From the IMG/VR virus record IMGVR_UViG_3300005530_000876: a stretch of 64,000 nucleotides of DNA; one strand, given 5' to 3'. The notes beneath the pieces were generated by a model. It did not search any database. It saw only the letters and a program-made list of their open reading frames with translations, and had not been told where the DNA came from. Position numbers and translations under genes: made by a program. Shown here piece after piece: positions 47,716 to 56,866 of the stretch; within the stretch, counting starts at the first letter, position 1; every line of letters begins with the position of its first letter. This DNA is from a virus (Duplodnaviria; Heunggongvirae; Uroviricota; Caudoviricetes).

Positions 47716-49503
47716 TTATTTCTGATTAAATAGCGTTAAAAGATCATCAATCATTTCCTCTACAGCGCTGTCCTCCACGCCGGTAACTTCTTCGCTTAAA
47801 TTTTTCTTTTTCAAAATGATATCGAAGTAGCAATATTCATCGATTGTTTTGTGGCCTAACAGATATCCAATCCTTACATTATTCGTCTGACTGATCCTGT
47901 GTGTCCTATCTTCATATTGCTCACACCTGCCCCAAGTCCAAGGAAACTCTATCATCAATGTTTCTGAAGCTGCTGTTAACGTCAATCCCTCACCACCTGA
48001 GCTACTGCAAATAATTATATTCGTGCCGCTCGGTTCATGATCATGATCTTTATCCTTGTGATCCTCCAAGCGCACACCGCATCTTTTACACTTTTGAAAA
48101 TCATGGACCGCCCTGTTTTTTTCCTCTGAAGTTTGCCGGCCTGTAACCATCACAGCCTCCGGGTACATTTCTTTCAAGCCATCAGCAATTACATGATGGT
48201 GAACAAACACAACGACCTTTTGTCCATTGTCAACAATTTCATCAATGTATTCCTTTGCCGCCTCCATTTTTCCGCGAGCAGACAATTGCTTCAGTATGCC
48301 CATTTTTACCATGATCTCGCCTTTCAGGGATTTTTTAATTTCTGCGCTACTGAAACCTTTTACGCTTCTCAAATAATCAGCGAATTTGTCCTTGGCGATA
48401 TCATATTCCGCTCTGTTGGTAATATCACAGCGGATAACCTGGCGAAGCTTTTCAGGAAGATCTTTTAAAACCTCACTCTTCTCTCTGCTGAAGAAGCAAT
48501 ATTTATTCAAGCGATAGTTTAGCTCCTTGACGTTCGTAGATTCATTTCCTCCGCCGCAATAGCGGTTAATAAATCTTTGATAACCGCTGCTGTCACAAGG
48601 AACACCGCGATCGTTAACAGGTTGTGGCAAATGAGAAACGACATCTCTTAATTTATTGATCACGTAGAGCTGTGAGAGAAGGTCCTTTGTTTTATTCAAC
48701 ACTGGTGTACCGGTTAGTTCCAAAACAATTTCTTTACCTCTTGCAATTCCCATAACAAACTTTGCCTGCTGTGTAGAAATGTCCTTGCATCTATGAGACT
48801 CGTCCACGATGATCCATTTAAAAATGTTTATGCTTTCATTGAAAGGAATATCAACCATTCTGAACCGACCTTCTTTTGGTTTACTCCATCCAGGTTGAAC
48901 AAAAAACTTTTTGAGGCTTTCGTAATTCGTGATGAATACGTCACACATGCCAACCTTATAAAATTGCACCCAAGATCTTTTTATAGAATCAGAGAGAATC
49001 ATTGCCCGGTGGCCGGCCACTTCTTTCCATTCTGTTTGCCAGTTTATTTTTAATGATGACGGACAAATAACAAGACCTGGCCCGGCATTGAGATATCGGT
49101 TTTCATTCATTCCGTAAGAGCAAATTGTTCCTATAGCCTGAATCGTTTTTCCAAGGCCAGGCTTATCACCGATGATCACCATTTTATTTCGTCGGCAATA
49201 GGCAATTCCCTTTTCCTGATATGGGTACGGCTTCTTATACAAAGCAAGCGGAATGTCAAGATCCGGAAGTGGCTCAATTTCGCCAATCATTTCCGGCATT
49301 AAATAGGTATCTCTTTGTCGCTGGTCCACTACGTTAAAGGTTTTCCGCAGCGATTCAATTTCCCGCTGACGGTGACGCGGAATATGCCACACGTGATTAT
49401 TTTTTTGGTACCATGCACCCGAAATGTTTTTCACCGCTTTCACCTTTCGTTCGTCATAAGGGAAAGAAATTTCATAATCTTTTACTGTTTCTACTATTTG
49501 CAT
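47716..49503 (-). CDS. SNF2-family helicase/ATPase
   Basis: 595 aa with motif I (IIGDKPGLGKTIQAIG) and motif II (IVDESHRCKD), a C-terminal helicase domain and a Cys/His insert (CKRCGVRLEDHKDKDHDHE). Confidence 0.75.
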   Translation of the reverse strand: MQIVETVKDYEISFPYDERKVKAVKNISGAWYQKNNHVWHIPRHRQREIESLRKTFNVVDQRQRDTYLMPEMIGEIEPLPDLDIPLALYKKPYPYQEKGIAYCRRNKMVIIGDKPGLGKTIQAIGTICSYGMNENRYLNAGPGLVICPSSLKINWQTEWKEVAGHRAMILSDSIKRSWVQFYKVGMCDVFITNYESLKKFFVQPGWSKPKEGRFRMVDIPFNESINIFKWIIVDESHRCKDISTQQAKFVMGIARGKEIVLELTGTPVLNKTKDLLSQLYVINKLRDVVSHLPQPVNDRGVPCDSSGYQRFINRYCGGGNESTNVKELNYRLNKYCFFSREKSEVLKDLPEKLRQVIRCDITNRAEYDIAKDKFADYLRSVKGFSSAEIKKSLKGEIMVKMGILKQLSARGKMEAAKEYIDEIVDNGQKVVVFVHHHVIADGLKEMYPEAVMVTGRQTSEEKNRAVHDFQKCKRCGVRLEDHKDKDHDHEPSGTNIIICSSSGGEGLTLTAASETLMIEFPWTWGRCEQYEDRTHRISQTNNVRIGYLLGHKTIDEYCYFDIILKKKNLSEEVTGVEDSAVEEMIDDLLTLFNQK

Positions 49504-49510
49504 CGCTTAT

Positions 49511-49825
49511 TTATTGTTTAGCCCATTTATTTAATTTTTTGAAAGCTCTCTCAGCTGCTTGTACATTGGAACATTCGTAAATCAGCTCTTTTAAAACATT
49601 TTCTTCATTGATTCCGTCACGAATAATTTCACTCACTTTACTTTCGGCCACCAGCATATAAATTGGCTCCTTTCCGGCGAAGACCACTTTCTCAAAATTT
49701 TCTTTGTACAGATACGCTTTAAGGTCATTAATAACCTCAGCTCTTTTATTCACCGTATCAGCAAACAAAAAATTTGGCTCGGCTGTGTCAATAAGTAAAT
49801 TGTCTATATACATTTGCAAAATCAT
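49511..49825 (-). CDS. Hypothetical protein
   Basis: 104-aa ORF. Confidence 0.35.
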   Translation of the reverse strand: MILQMYIDNLLIDTAEPNFLFADTVNKRAEVINDLKAYLYKENFEKVVFAGKEPIYMLVAESKVSEIIRDGINEENVLKELIYECSNVQAAERAFKKLNKWAKQ

Positions 49826-50340
49826 TTTAGTGGTTTAAATTTTTTTACCTCCCTATAACTCTTTTTGGGCTTTAGTATCTCTTTGGATTTATTCATCCTT
49901 TCTAAAAACCTCTTTTTAAATTCAGGAATGTTTGTTCCCGGATTTACGAAGACTGTGGTTTTGTGATCAATCTTTACACATATTTTGTCCAAAAGATTCT
50001 CCTGCCGAGTTTGATAAATTTTTTCAACCCTCTTTGTTTTTTGTAATTGCTGACGCCTGTTTTCAATTTTTCTTTTTTTGATTGCAAGCTCCCGGGCTTT
50101 ATCATCTTCTTTTTCCTGATTGATTTTCCTGCGGTGTTCCTGCTTAGACTTTTTTACAAGCGCTTTTTTATCAATGATAGATTGCTTTGAAATTTTATTT
50201 TGATCCTTTGCAAACTGGTCCGCATAATCTTTTATGAGCCCGACCGGTTTATCAATCAGGTCGGATATCTCCTCATAGCTATTCTTTTTAAGAAGAGCCT
50301 GGATCATGTAGATATCAGTAAGTGAAAGATCATTTTCCAT
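49822..50340 (-). CDS. Basic coiled-coil protein
   Basis: 172-aa, K/R/E-rich ORF. Confidence 0.35.
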   Translation of the reverse strand: MENDLSLTDIYMIQALLKKNSYEEISDLIDKPVGLIKDYADQFAKDQNKISKQSIIDKKALVKKSKQEHRRKINQEKEDDKARELAIKKRKIENRRQQLQKTKRVEKIYQTRQENLLDKICVKIDHKTTVFVNPGTNIPEFKKRFLERMNKSKEILKPKKSYREVKKFKPLK

Positions 50341-50596
50341 TGCCTAACAGATTTCCACTCTTAATAGAATTTTTTGGAACCAGCTTCGAGACGCGAACCG
50401 CGTCAATTCTGACCTTGGCCGCGTTTATAATTACCGTGCCTGCAGAGGATAGCGCCTGGCTTCTTTTTATTTCTTTATCCAGGTCTAATGTTGGATCTGA
50501 GAGGCGTTGCATTTGTGCGAACATCATATTCTGCAATGAGATAGCACTTTGTACATCCTCATTGTTTTCATCCTGCTGGTTTTGTTCTTCTTTCAT
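50330..50596 (-). CDS. Hypothetical protein
   Basis: 88-aa ORF. Confidence 0.35.
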   Translation of the reverse strand: MKEEQNQQDENNEDVQSAISLQNMMFAQMQRLSDPTLDLDKEIKRSQALSSAGTVIINAAKVRIDAVRVSKLVPKNSIKSGNLLGNGK

Positions 50597-51315
50597 GATT
50601 TTTCCTTTATTAATTGATTAAATTTTTTTAAGAGCTTTTCAACATTTCTCACTTGTTCCGGATATTTTCTCAGATCACGTCTTGCATTGGCTGATCGATC
50701 AACCAGAACCAAATTATCTATCGTTACATTCAATGGGTTCCTGTCTTTAAAGGTCACAATGTGATCTTTTGGAATCGCTCCGAAATGCTTCTCCCATAGA
50801 TACCGGGAATAGATGAGATAACCGACGTCAGTTTTGATAACTTTACTTGGCCACCTTTTGTTGCCGCCAAAATACCAGACCCTGATTGCACCGGTAGGAA
50901 TCGCGCCTCTCGTATCCCATGTGCTCATGTTCTTCCATGAACCACGTCCGATATTGCGGATTTTTACTTTACGCAGATCTTCTTTCGTACGTCTCAGATT
51001 AAGCAGCGTAAGCTTTTTCTCTATGTGTTTAATGGTCCATTTTTTTCCCCGTGGCCATTTTGAATTATAAATCTCTGCCAGCTCCACGTTTCCTATTTGC
51101 TTATAGTGATCTATCAAAAACTTTTTCTGTTCTTCAGTCCACCAGGATTCAATTTTAAACCGATATAATCCAAGATCATGAACCTTTCCGCTGAAGGTTG
51201 TAAACTTCATGTGCAGCATTTTAGCCATAGTAGCATTACTCAGTTTATCGTAATTTTCGATCACGAATTTTTTCTGGATTTCAGTGAACTCAATTGGTTT
51301 TCTTCTTTTTGGCAT
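50593..51315 (-). CDS. HNH_3-type homing endonuclease with duplicated N-terminal HTH-like repeats
   Basis: The C-terminus DHIVTFKDRNPLNVTIDNLVLVDRSANARR fits HNH_3. The N-terminus carries two WTEEQKKF..Y/FTEIQKKF..Y repeats. Confidence 0.5.
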   Translation of the reverse strand: MPKRRKPIEFTEIQKKFVIENYDKLSNATMAKMLHMKFTTFSGKVHDLGLYRFKIESWWTEEQKKFLIDHYKQIGNVELAEIYNSKWPRGKKWTIKHIEKKLTLLNLRRTKEDLRKVKIRNIGRGSWKNMSTWDTRGAIPTGAIRVWYFGGNKRWPSKVIKTDVGYLIYSRYLWEKHFGAIPKDHIVTFKDRNPLNVTIDNLVLVDRSANARRDLRKYPEQVRNVEKLLKKFNQLIKEKS

Positions 51316-51871
51316 CTTTGATGGATCGGTTTAATTTGATCAAAGCTTTTCCCATTTCAATCAGACCGGGATCTTTCTTTATTTCCTCTTGCATCTCTTT
51401 ATCTTTAATGGCCAACCTTTGCGCAACCCACGAGGGGTGGAAATTTTTAGAAGAGGAATTTTTATCTATTGTGAAGCTTCTTCCACCCGGGGATGAATTT
51501 TGAGAAGCTAATCGACGAATTTCCTCTTCAGTACGGATCAGTCCCAGGTATCTTCTTTTTTGTTGAAAATGTTTTCTTTTCCAGCCTTTCTGTTTAGGAT
51601 AATTCTGTTTGAAATATTCCATTATCTCAACATCACCTTTCATCTTGTAATTATTCTTGAGATATTGAATCATTTCTTCATTCCAATATTCCATGCTCAT
51701 TCTTTTAAGGCCAAGTTCCGCGCATTTATTTCTCGTGACAGTTAGCCGAAGGCCAAGCATTTCAGCTAACTCCTTATTTGTTTTTTTATAAAAATTTTCT
51801 TTCAAAGAGCTGATCATGTCCTCTGTCCACACAGTAGCATTACGCGGAATATTTCCATTGCGGTAAGGCAT
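51290..51871 (-). CDS. Paralog of the homing-endonuclease N-terminal repeats, without an HNH motif
   Basis: 193 aa with WTEDMISSLKENF and WNEEMIQYLKNNY repeats similar to the adjacent gene, but no HNH_3 core. Confidence 0.4.
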   Translation of the reverse strand: MPYRNGNIPRNATVWTEDMISSLKENFYKKTNKELAEMLGLRLTVTRNKCAELGLKRMSMEYWNEEMIQYLKNNYKMKGDVEIMEYFKQNYPKQKGWKRKHFQQKRRYLGLIRTEEEIRRLASQNSSPGGRSFTIDKNSSSKNFHPSWVAQRLAIKDKEMQEEIKKDPGLIEMGKALIKLNRSIKDAKKKKTN

Positions 51872-53616
51872 TATTTTAATAATGCTTTAATGCCCTTACC
51901 TTTTGATTTTGCTGCCTTTTTCTTAGACTCTTGTTTTATGGAAGTATTGCCCGGAGTTTTCTTTTTTTCTGTTTTCTTACCAGCGTTTTTTTGTTCCTTC
52001 TTTTTTGCCTGGAGTGCTTTTATTCTTGCAGCTGCACGTTCTTCGCGTTTATCACGCTTATCTTTTTGTTCCGCCTCGATCGCCTCGATTTCAGCTTTTT
52101 TGTATTGTTCCGCAACTTGTTTTAATAAACCCTGGCCGGCGTTTGCTGTATGGGAGCTGACAGTAGAATCTAAAACAGAAAGGACAAAGATTCTGCACAC
52201 CTGGTTGAATTGCTCTGGTGTAGCAGCAAGGAATTTGGCAGACGCCTTGAATTTTTCTTTACCGTATAGATAACCTCCGTAAGCGGAATTTTCTTTGAAA
52301 CCAAATACGTTTAGAATTTTACCACTTGCAGAGCTTTTTTCAAACATTGCGTAAATCAAAGCAGCGGTGTCAATTGCCGAAAGTTTTTTATTGGTAATTA
52401 GATCTGGGTTCATCCCTGATTCATTCGAACTTTTGGCATAGATAATTTCGTTATGAATCTGGGTCCAAACCTTTTCATCATCAAGCTCCGCAGCTCTGGA
52501 AGTACGTTGTTTTATGCCGGCAATATCCATGTCAATGGATGTAACTGGTTTTCCATCTTCTGAAACAACACTTTTATTTTTATTAAGAATGTAGATATCC
52601 TTTATTTTTCCCCTGTCATTGCTATCAAGTAAAAGCCCCTTAGCTTTTATAGAACGCGAATCATTATACATGCTGCAATCGCGGCCATCAACAAGTATTT
52701 TAGCACCACTTTCTTTAATAGCGTCGAGAATCTCTTTATCAATACCTCTACCATTATAATATTGAACAAGATGAACATCCGGTTTGTTCTCAATCGTATC
52801 TTTTACTTTTCTGATTAGACTGGTCAAACATTTCTTTTCAAAGCACTCTTTATTAAAGCATCTATCCGTTTCCTTTATGTCAGAAAAAAGGGAAGGATTG
52901 TTGCCTGATCTAAATACGCAATTTGAACATGCTCCCATTTTTGGATTTAAGGTTTCATCTTTTGTATCAAAAGGAGCACTTGACAATTTTCTGGTAATAT
53001 TTGAATCGATATATTCTCTCAATTCTCTTATTGATTTGATCTCTTTGGTTTGCCAGCTTCGCGCATTTTTATCAATAGTTTTCTGATCTTCCTGTGAAAG
53101 CCTTGCGATCAAAACAGCCTGGCCAATCAAAAATTTGCCAGCCCAAAATTCTTTCTGCAGGGACGGAAGTAAATTGTTCAAAACCAACCGATGTGCCACA
53201 TAAGATTCCGGCTTATTGATCTTGGCCGCGATATCTGCAATAGAGTAGGGGTGCACCTTGCTTTCCATCATTTGCTTAAAGGTTGTAGCTTCATCCATAG
53301 GGTGTACGTCTGAGCGCTGGATGTTCTCAATAAATTGAATTTCCAAAGCTTCCTCATCAGTAAGATTTCTTACTACTGCAGGAATTTCGTTACGCGTTTT
53401 AAATGCCGCCTGGACCGATACCGATGCCCGGAATCTTCTTTCTCCGCAAACCAGGATATAACCGTTTCCATTTGGTCGAACCATGATCGGCTGTAGTACT
53501 CCTTTTTCACGAACGCTTTCAGTTAATTCTTTTAATGAATCATCATCAAAAAATTTGCGTGGCTGATTTTTATCCGGATGGATCTCCGATAAAGGAATCA
53601 TTTTAAAATCTGTCAT
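51871..53616 (-). CDS. ParB N-terminal domain protein with a Lys-rich C-terminal tail
   Basis: 581 aa. LQPIMVRP...YILVCGERRFRAS is ParB box II (GERRxRA). The C-terminal ~90 aa are K/A/E-rich (KKKEQKNAGKKTEKKKTPG...). Confidence 0.65.
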   Translation of the reverse strand: MTDFKMIPLSEIHPDKNQPRKFFDDDSLKELTESVREKGVLQPIMVRPNGNGYILVCGERRFRASVSVQAAFKTRNEIPAVVRNLTDEEALEIQFIENIQRSDVHPMDEATTFKQMMESKVHPYSIADIAAKINKPESYVAHRLVLNNLLPSLQKEFWAGKFLIGQAVLIARLSQEDQKTIDKNARSWQTKEIKSIRELREYIDSNITRKLSSAPFDTKDETLNPKMGACSNCVFRSGNNPSLFSDIKETDRCFNKECFEKKCLTSLIRKVKDTIENKPDVHLVQYYNGRGIDKEILDAIKESGAKILVDGRDCSMYNDSRSIKAKGLLLDSNDRGKIKDIYILNKNKSVVSEDGKPVTSIDMDIAGIKQRTSRAAELDDEKVWTQIHNEIIYAKSSNESGMNPDLITNKKLSAIDTAALIYAMFEKSSASGKILNVFGFKENSAYGGYLYGKEKFKASAKFLAATPEQFNQVCRIFVLSVLDSTVSSHTANAGQGLLKQVAEQYKKAEIEAIEAEQKDKRDKREERAAARIKALQAKKKEQKNAGKKTEKKKTPGNTSIKQESKKKAAKSKGKGIKALLK

Positions 53617-53648
53617 AAAAGTTGCTTTATTGTTTTTGTTTTGAAATA

Positions 53649-54404
53649 TTATTCTGTTACAACCTCCGCCTGGTACTTATGTTTGAATAAATATTGTATG
53701 ATTTCAGAGCGGCATTTATTAATAGCTTTTTTAAGACTTTCGCTCTCTTCTTCAAAGAGCTGTTCACCAGGCTCACTATCCCATTTGTAAAAAGGAGTAT
53801 TAAAGTTGAAAGCTTTACCATTGCTCAGATGACGAGAACCATGCAGTGTGACGCCTTCACCATTGCTTCCGATTGAAAAACCACGGCAAACAATTCTGGA
53901 TGTGTCAAGCTTACCGTCGCTATTGTATTGCTGGCTCATACTGGCCAGGTGATGGTTTAATCCTTCGAACGCCTTTTTAAGATCATCGTGGATTGGATTT
54001 TCTCCGTCCTTATCATAACTTCCACGATCTTCCTTGCTAACAACTTTCCAGCTGGCAGAGAGAAAAATATCATTTGTGATTTTTGCCTTAGTTACTTCTA
54101 CATTGAATTCTTTTTCATCCTTTGTAACAGGCCGCTCCTGCTCTGTGTCCTGTTTTTTTGAAGTAAGCGCGGCCTTTGCCTGCTCATTAGGATCAACCCA
54201 AACGGGATCATTAAAATCGTCATCTTCGTCGGTGAGCTGTTGCTTTTTTGTTACCGGTTTTTTTGAAGTTGTCTTTTTCTTTGGCTGATCAATGTCAGCT
54301 GATTTTTTTGCCACAAAAATTTGTATTGAGTTTTTGAAAAATTGGTTAATAACTTCCTTCGGAACGAGCGGTGGTTTGATAGCCATCATCATCCTCATCA
54401 TCAT
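53649..54404 (-). CDS. Hypothetical protein; start uncertain
   Basis: The ORF is open to 54488, but the first ~28 codons overlap the upstream gene, so an internal Met (MMMRMMMAIKPP) is the likely start. Confidence 0.35.
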   Translation of the reverse strand: MMMRMMMAIKPPLVPKEVINQFFKNSIQIFVAKKSADIDQPKKKTTSKKPVTKKQQLTDEDDDFNDPVWVDPNEQAKAALTSKKQDTEQERPVTKDEKEFNVEVTKAKITNDIFLSASWKVVSKEDRGSYDKDGENPIHDDLKKAFEGLNHHLASMSQQYNSDGKLDTSRIVCRGFSIGSNGEGVTLHGSRHLSNGKAFNFNTPFYKWDSEPGEQLFEEESESLKKAINKCRSEIIQYLFKHKYQAEVVTE

Positions 54405-54765
54405 CGTCGGTGCCCAATCCAAACTGATCCCGTGGTTCATCGCCCAAGATTGTTTCCGGAGCTGGAAGCGAATATTTGTTGTCAGCAAACTTTTTCATGA
54501 AAGTTTCTGCATTCCATTCCTGGACCTGCCCAACCTGTAAGCTTTGGGCGCAAATGATAGCGGTTTGTTCATCTACCGGATTAATCGCATAAATAGCGGA
54601 TGAACCGTAATATTTTGTAAAGGCCGGTTGTGTTTTTGTTTCCGGAACATCGACACGAAGCATGTTCGTGCCGGCAATGTTTTCTTCTGTGCAAAGCCCG
54701 GCAATTTTGCTGTGGCCAAACAGCTCTACAATGCACCAATGTTTGAAGGTTGATTTTTGATCCAT
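54346..54765 (-). CDS. Hypothetical protein with an acidic C-terminal tail (SSB-like tail?)
   Basis: 139 aa ending ...GTDDDDEDDDGYQTTARSEGSY. Confidence 0.35.
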   Translation of the reverse strand: MDQKSTFKHWCIVELFGHSKIAGLCTEENIAGTNMLRVDVPETKTQPAFTKYYGSSAIYAINPVDEQTAIICAQSLQVGQVQEWNAETFMKKFADNKYSLPAPETILGDEPRDQFGLGTDDDDEDDDGYQTTARSEGSY

Positions 54766-54898
54766 GTTTGATTTTTCGTTTTATAATTAAAAATTATTTC
54801 CTCTATTTCCTGCATACTTAAATCGGTGATCTGCGATATTTCATGAGGCTTTGCTCCGCATCTCCAATAACCGATAATTGCTGCCTTTAAGTAATTTG

Positions 54899-55192
54899 TC
54901 ATATGGTCATTGTTGCCTCTAATTCTTCAACATGATCATTTAACCGATCAACTTCATCTGCTTCTTCGATTCCCCACATTCTTAAAGTGTGATTTGCGTT
55001 TCTTAATTCCTCCAAATAATCAATACACTCTTCTAATTGACTTGACATAGATGAAGCTGCATCGAATAAATCTTTTTCATTCAACCTTTGCAATTCACTG
55101 TCTTTTAAAATTTGCATCTTAATCCATTTGATATATTTATCAATATCTGGACAAGTATGCTTTATTGGTTCTCTGGAATGGTTATCTGACAT
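54899..55192 (-). CDS. Hypothetical protein
   Basis: 97-aa ORF. Confidence 0.35.
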   Translation of the reverse strand: MSDNHSREPIKHTCPDIDKYIKWIKMQILKDSELQRLNEKDLFDAASSMSSQLEECIDYLEELRNANHTLRMWGIEEADEVDRLNDHVEELEATMTI

Positions 55193-55220
55193 TTTTTTAT
55201 TTATGTTTTAAAGGAAGATT

Positions 55221-55505
55221 TTATGCGGATATTCTGTTTATATAAGTATCCGCTGCGGATTGCCAATTATCCTGGCCCAGATAAACAAAATTTTCAAGCT
55301 TTGCGTTCCAGCCATCAAAAGTTCCTTCGCTGTCTTTGTACACTACCAGGCAATCCTTCGCTTCAATTTTTTCCATTATCTCAATATCTTTTACCACATT
55401 TTCGATATCGTTTGTGACCGACTTGTTACCCAGGTTTAAATCTTCGATCACAATCACTTTATGATCTTTATATTTTTCTACTGAATGGATATAATCTGCT
55501 CGCAT
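55221..55505 (-). CDS. Hypothetical protein
   Basis: 94-aa ORF. Confidence 0.35.
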   Translation of the reverse strand: MRADYIHSVEKYKDHKVIVIEDLNLGNKSVTNDIENVVKDIEIMEKIEAKDCLVVYKDSEGTFDGWNAKLENFVYLGQDNWQSAADTYINRISA

Positions 55506-55586
55506 AAAAATTTATTTTAAAAAAGTGCTAATTGATATTGCTTCTGTTTTATTCATTATTTATATTACATTTCTGAAAAGACACGA

Positions 55587-56861
55587 TTAAATTTCTATTT
55601 CATGTCCTGCAAGGAGTTGTCTTGTGTATAGATCAATAAAATGTTGCTGAAAGGCGCGTGTTTCGTCAGAAAGACCGGTGTTGAAATGTTCGTTTTCTTC
55701 AACGAGTATTGAAACGATTGCAAATAAAGGTTTTTGCAAAAGGCCTTTTGAGATATAAACTTTCCTGGTCTTGATATCCACTTTTGCAAGTGTTGTTTTA
55801 TCTTCAAAGAAGCCATATACGAATTTTAATTCAGGATGAAAAAGATAGTCGCATGATTCCAGAATTGTAAGGCCTTGTTTAATTTTTGATTCTACCTTTT
55901 CATCGAAGTCTTCATAAAAATCCCCTATTGTAGACGCTACTCTTGTAGCCCCAATTCCGTCAAACTGTTTACAAAGCATATCGTACAAACCTTTTGGAAC
56001 AATTATTAAAGCCGCTTCATCAGGTTTGCCGCCTCGATCCTTTATTGTATTGAGTGTTTTTTCTGTGATAATTTTGGCACTGCCTATGGCTTCGGTCCAA
56101 CCTTTGCCAAATATTTGATACCAATCCCAATCCATTTTAGATTCACAATGATTGTCGCTTAAGGTGTCAAAGAATATCCGGACAACCTTTGCATTTGCAC
56201 TCGCAAGAGCGTGAGCAATTTCAAAGCGCGGTAGACCTTTAAATTCTCTTAGTTCATTTATGTCGGCATTCTTTATGTCATATGCGAAAACAGCAGGAGC
56301 GGTGTCATCCTCGTAAATAAGAACTCCCTGTTTATAGATTCTTAATTTGTTACCGCCAGGATAAATTTTATACCTATCATTTTCAAATATTGGCTGGTTG
56401 TCGTGAATAAAATATTTATCCCATTCTTTAAGTACGTTGGATATTTGCATGTCAACCTGAATAAAGAAAGTTGTTTTGCCTTCTTCTCCTGAAACCTCTT
56501 CAGTAATTTCTTTTACTGCATCACCTTCGTCAAGCGCGTTGCACCACAACTCTCTTAATATCATCCAGGCAGCCCAATCTTCGCCCATTTTGGTAGTGAT
56601 AGAAGTACGATTGCCATTGATACAGATGATCTCAAATGTTTCTTCTTTGATTAATTCTTTTTCAATGTCAATTTTTACTTCTTCGTTTCCTATCAAAATT
56701 TTAAAATCAATATTATTTCTGAAAAGAAAAGCGAGTGTGTATTTTAGTCCGGTTCCAAATTGTCCGATTTTAAATTTATCTTTTGCTTTGGTAGTGCCTC
56801 CCATTAAGGCTACCAATCGAATATCTAATTCACCTTTGTTTTGGATTTTTAAGTATTTCAT
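55587..56861 (-). CDS. Hypothetical replication-module protein with GxGxG (IGQFGTGLK) and NALDEG motifs
   Basis: The ORF is open to 56936; the start is taken at the internal Met at 56861 to avoid a 70-nt overlap with the DnaQ gene. The motifs are reminiscent of GHKL ATPases but in non-canonical order. Confidence 0.4.
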   Translation of the reverse strand: MKYLKIQNKGELDIRLVALMGGTTKAKDKFKIGQFGTGLKYTLAFLFRNNIDFKILIGNEEVKIDIEKELIKEETFEIICINGNRTSITTKMGEDWAAWMILRELWCNALDEGDAVKEITEEVSGEEGKTTFFIQVDMQISNVLKEWDKYFIHDNQPIFENDRYKIYPGGNKLRIYKQGVLIYEDDTAPAVFAYDIKNADINELREFKGLPRFEIAHALASANAKVVRIFFDTLSDNHCESKMDWDWYQIFGKGWTEAIGSAKIITEKTLNTIKDRGGKPDEAALIIVPKGLYDMLCKQFDGIGATRVASTIGDFYEDFDEKVESKIKQGLTILESCDYLFHPELKFVYGFFEDKTTLAKVDIKTRKVYISKGLLQKPLFAIVSILVEENEHFNTGLSDETRAFQQHFIDLYTRQLLAGHEIEI

Positions 56862-56866
56862 TAGTT

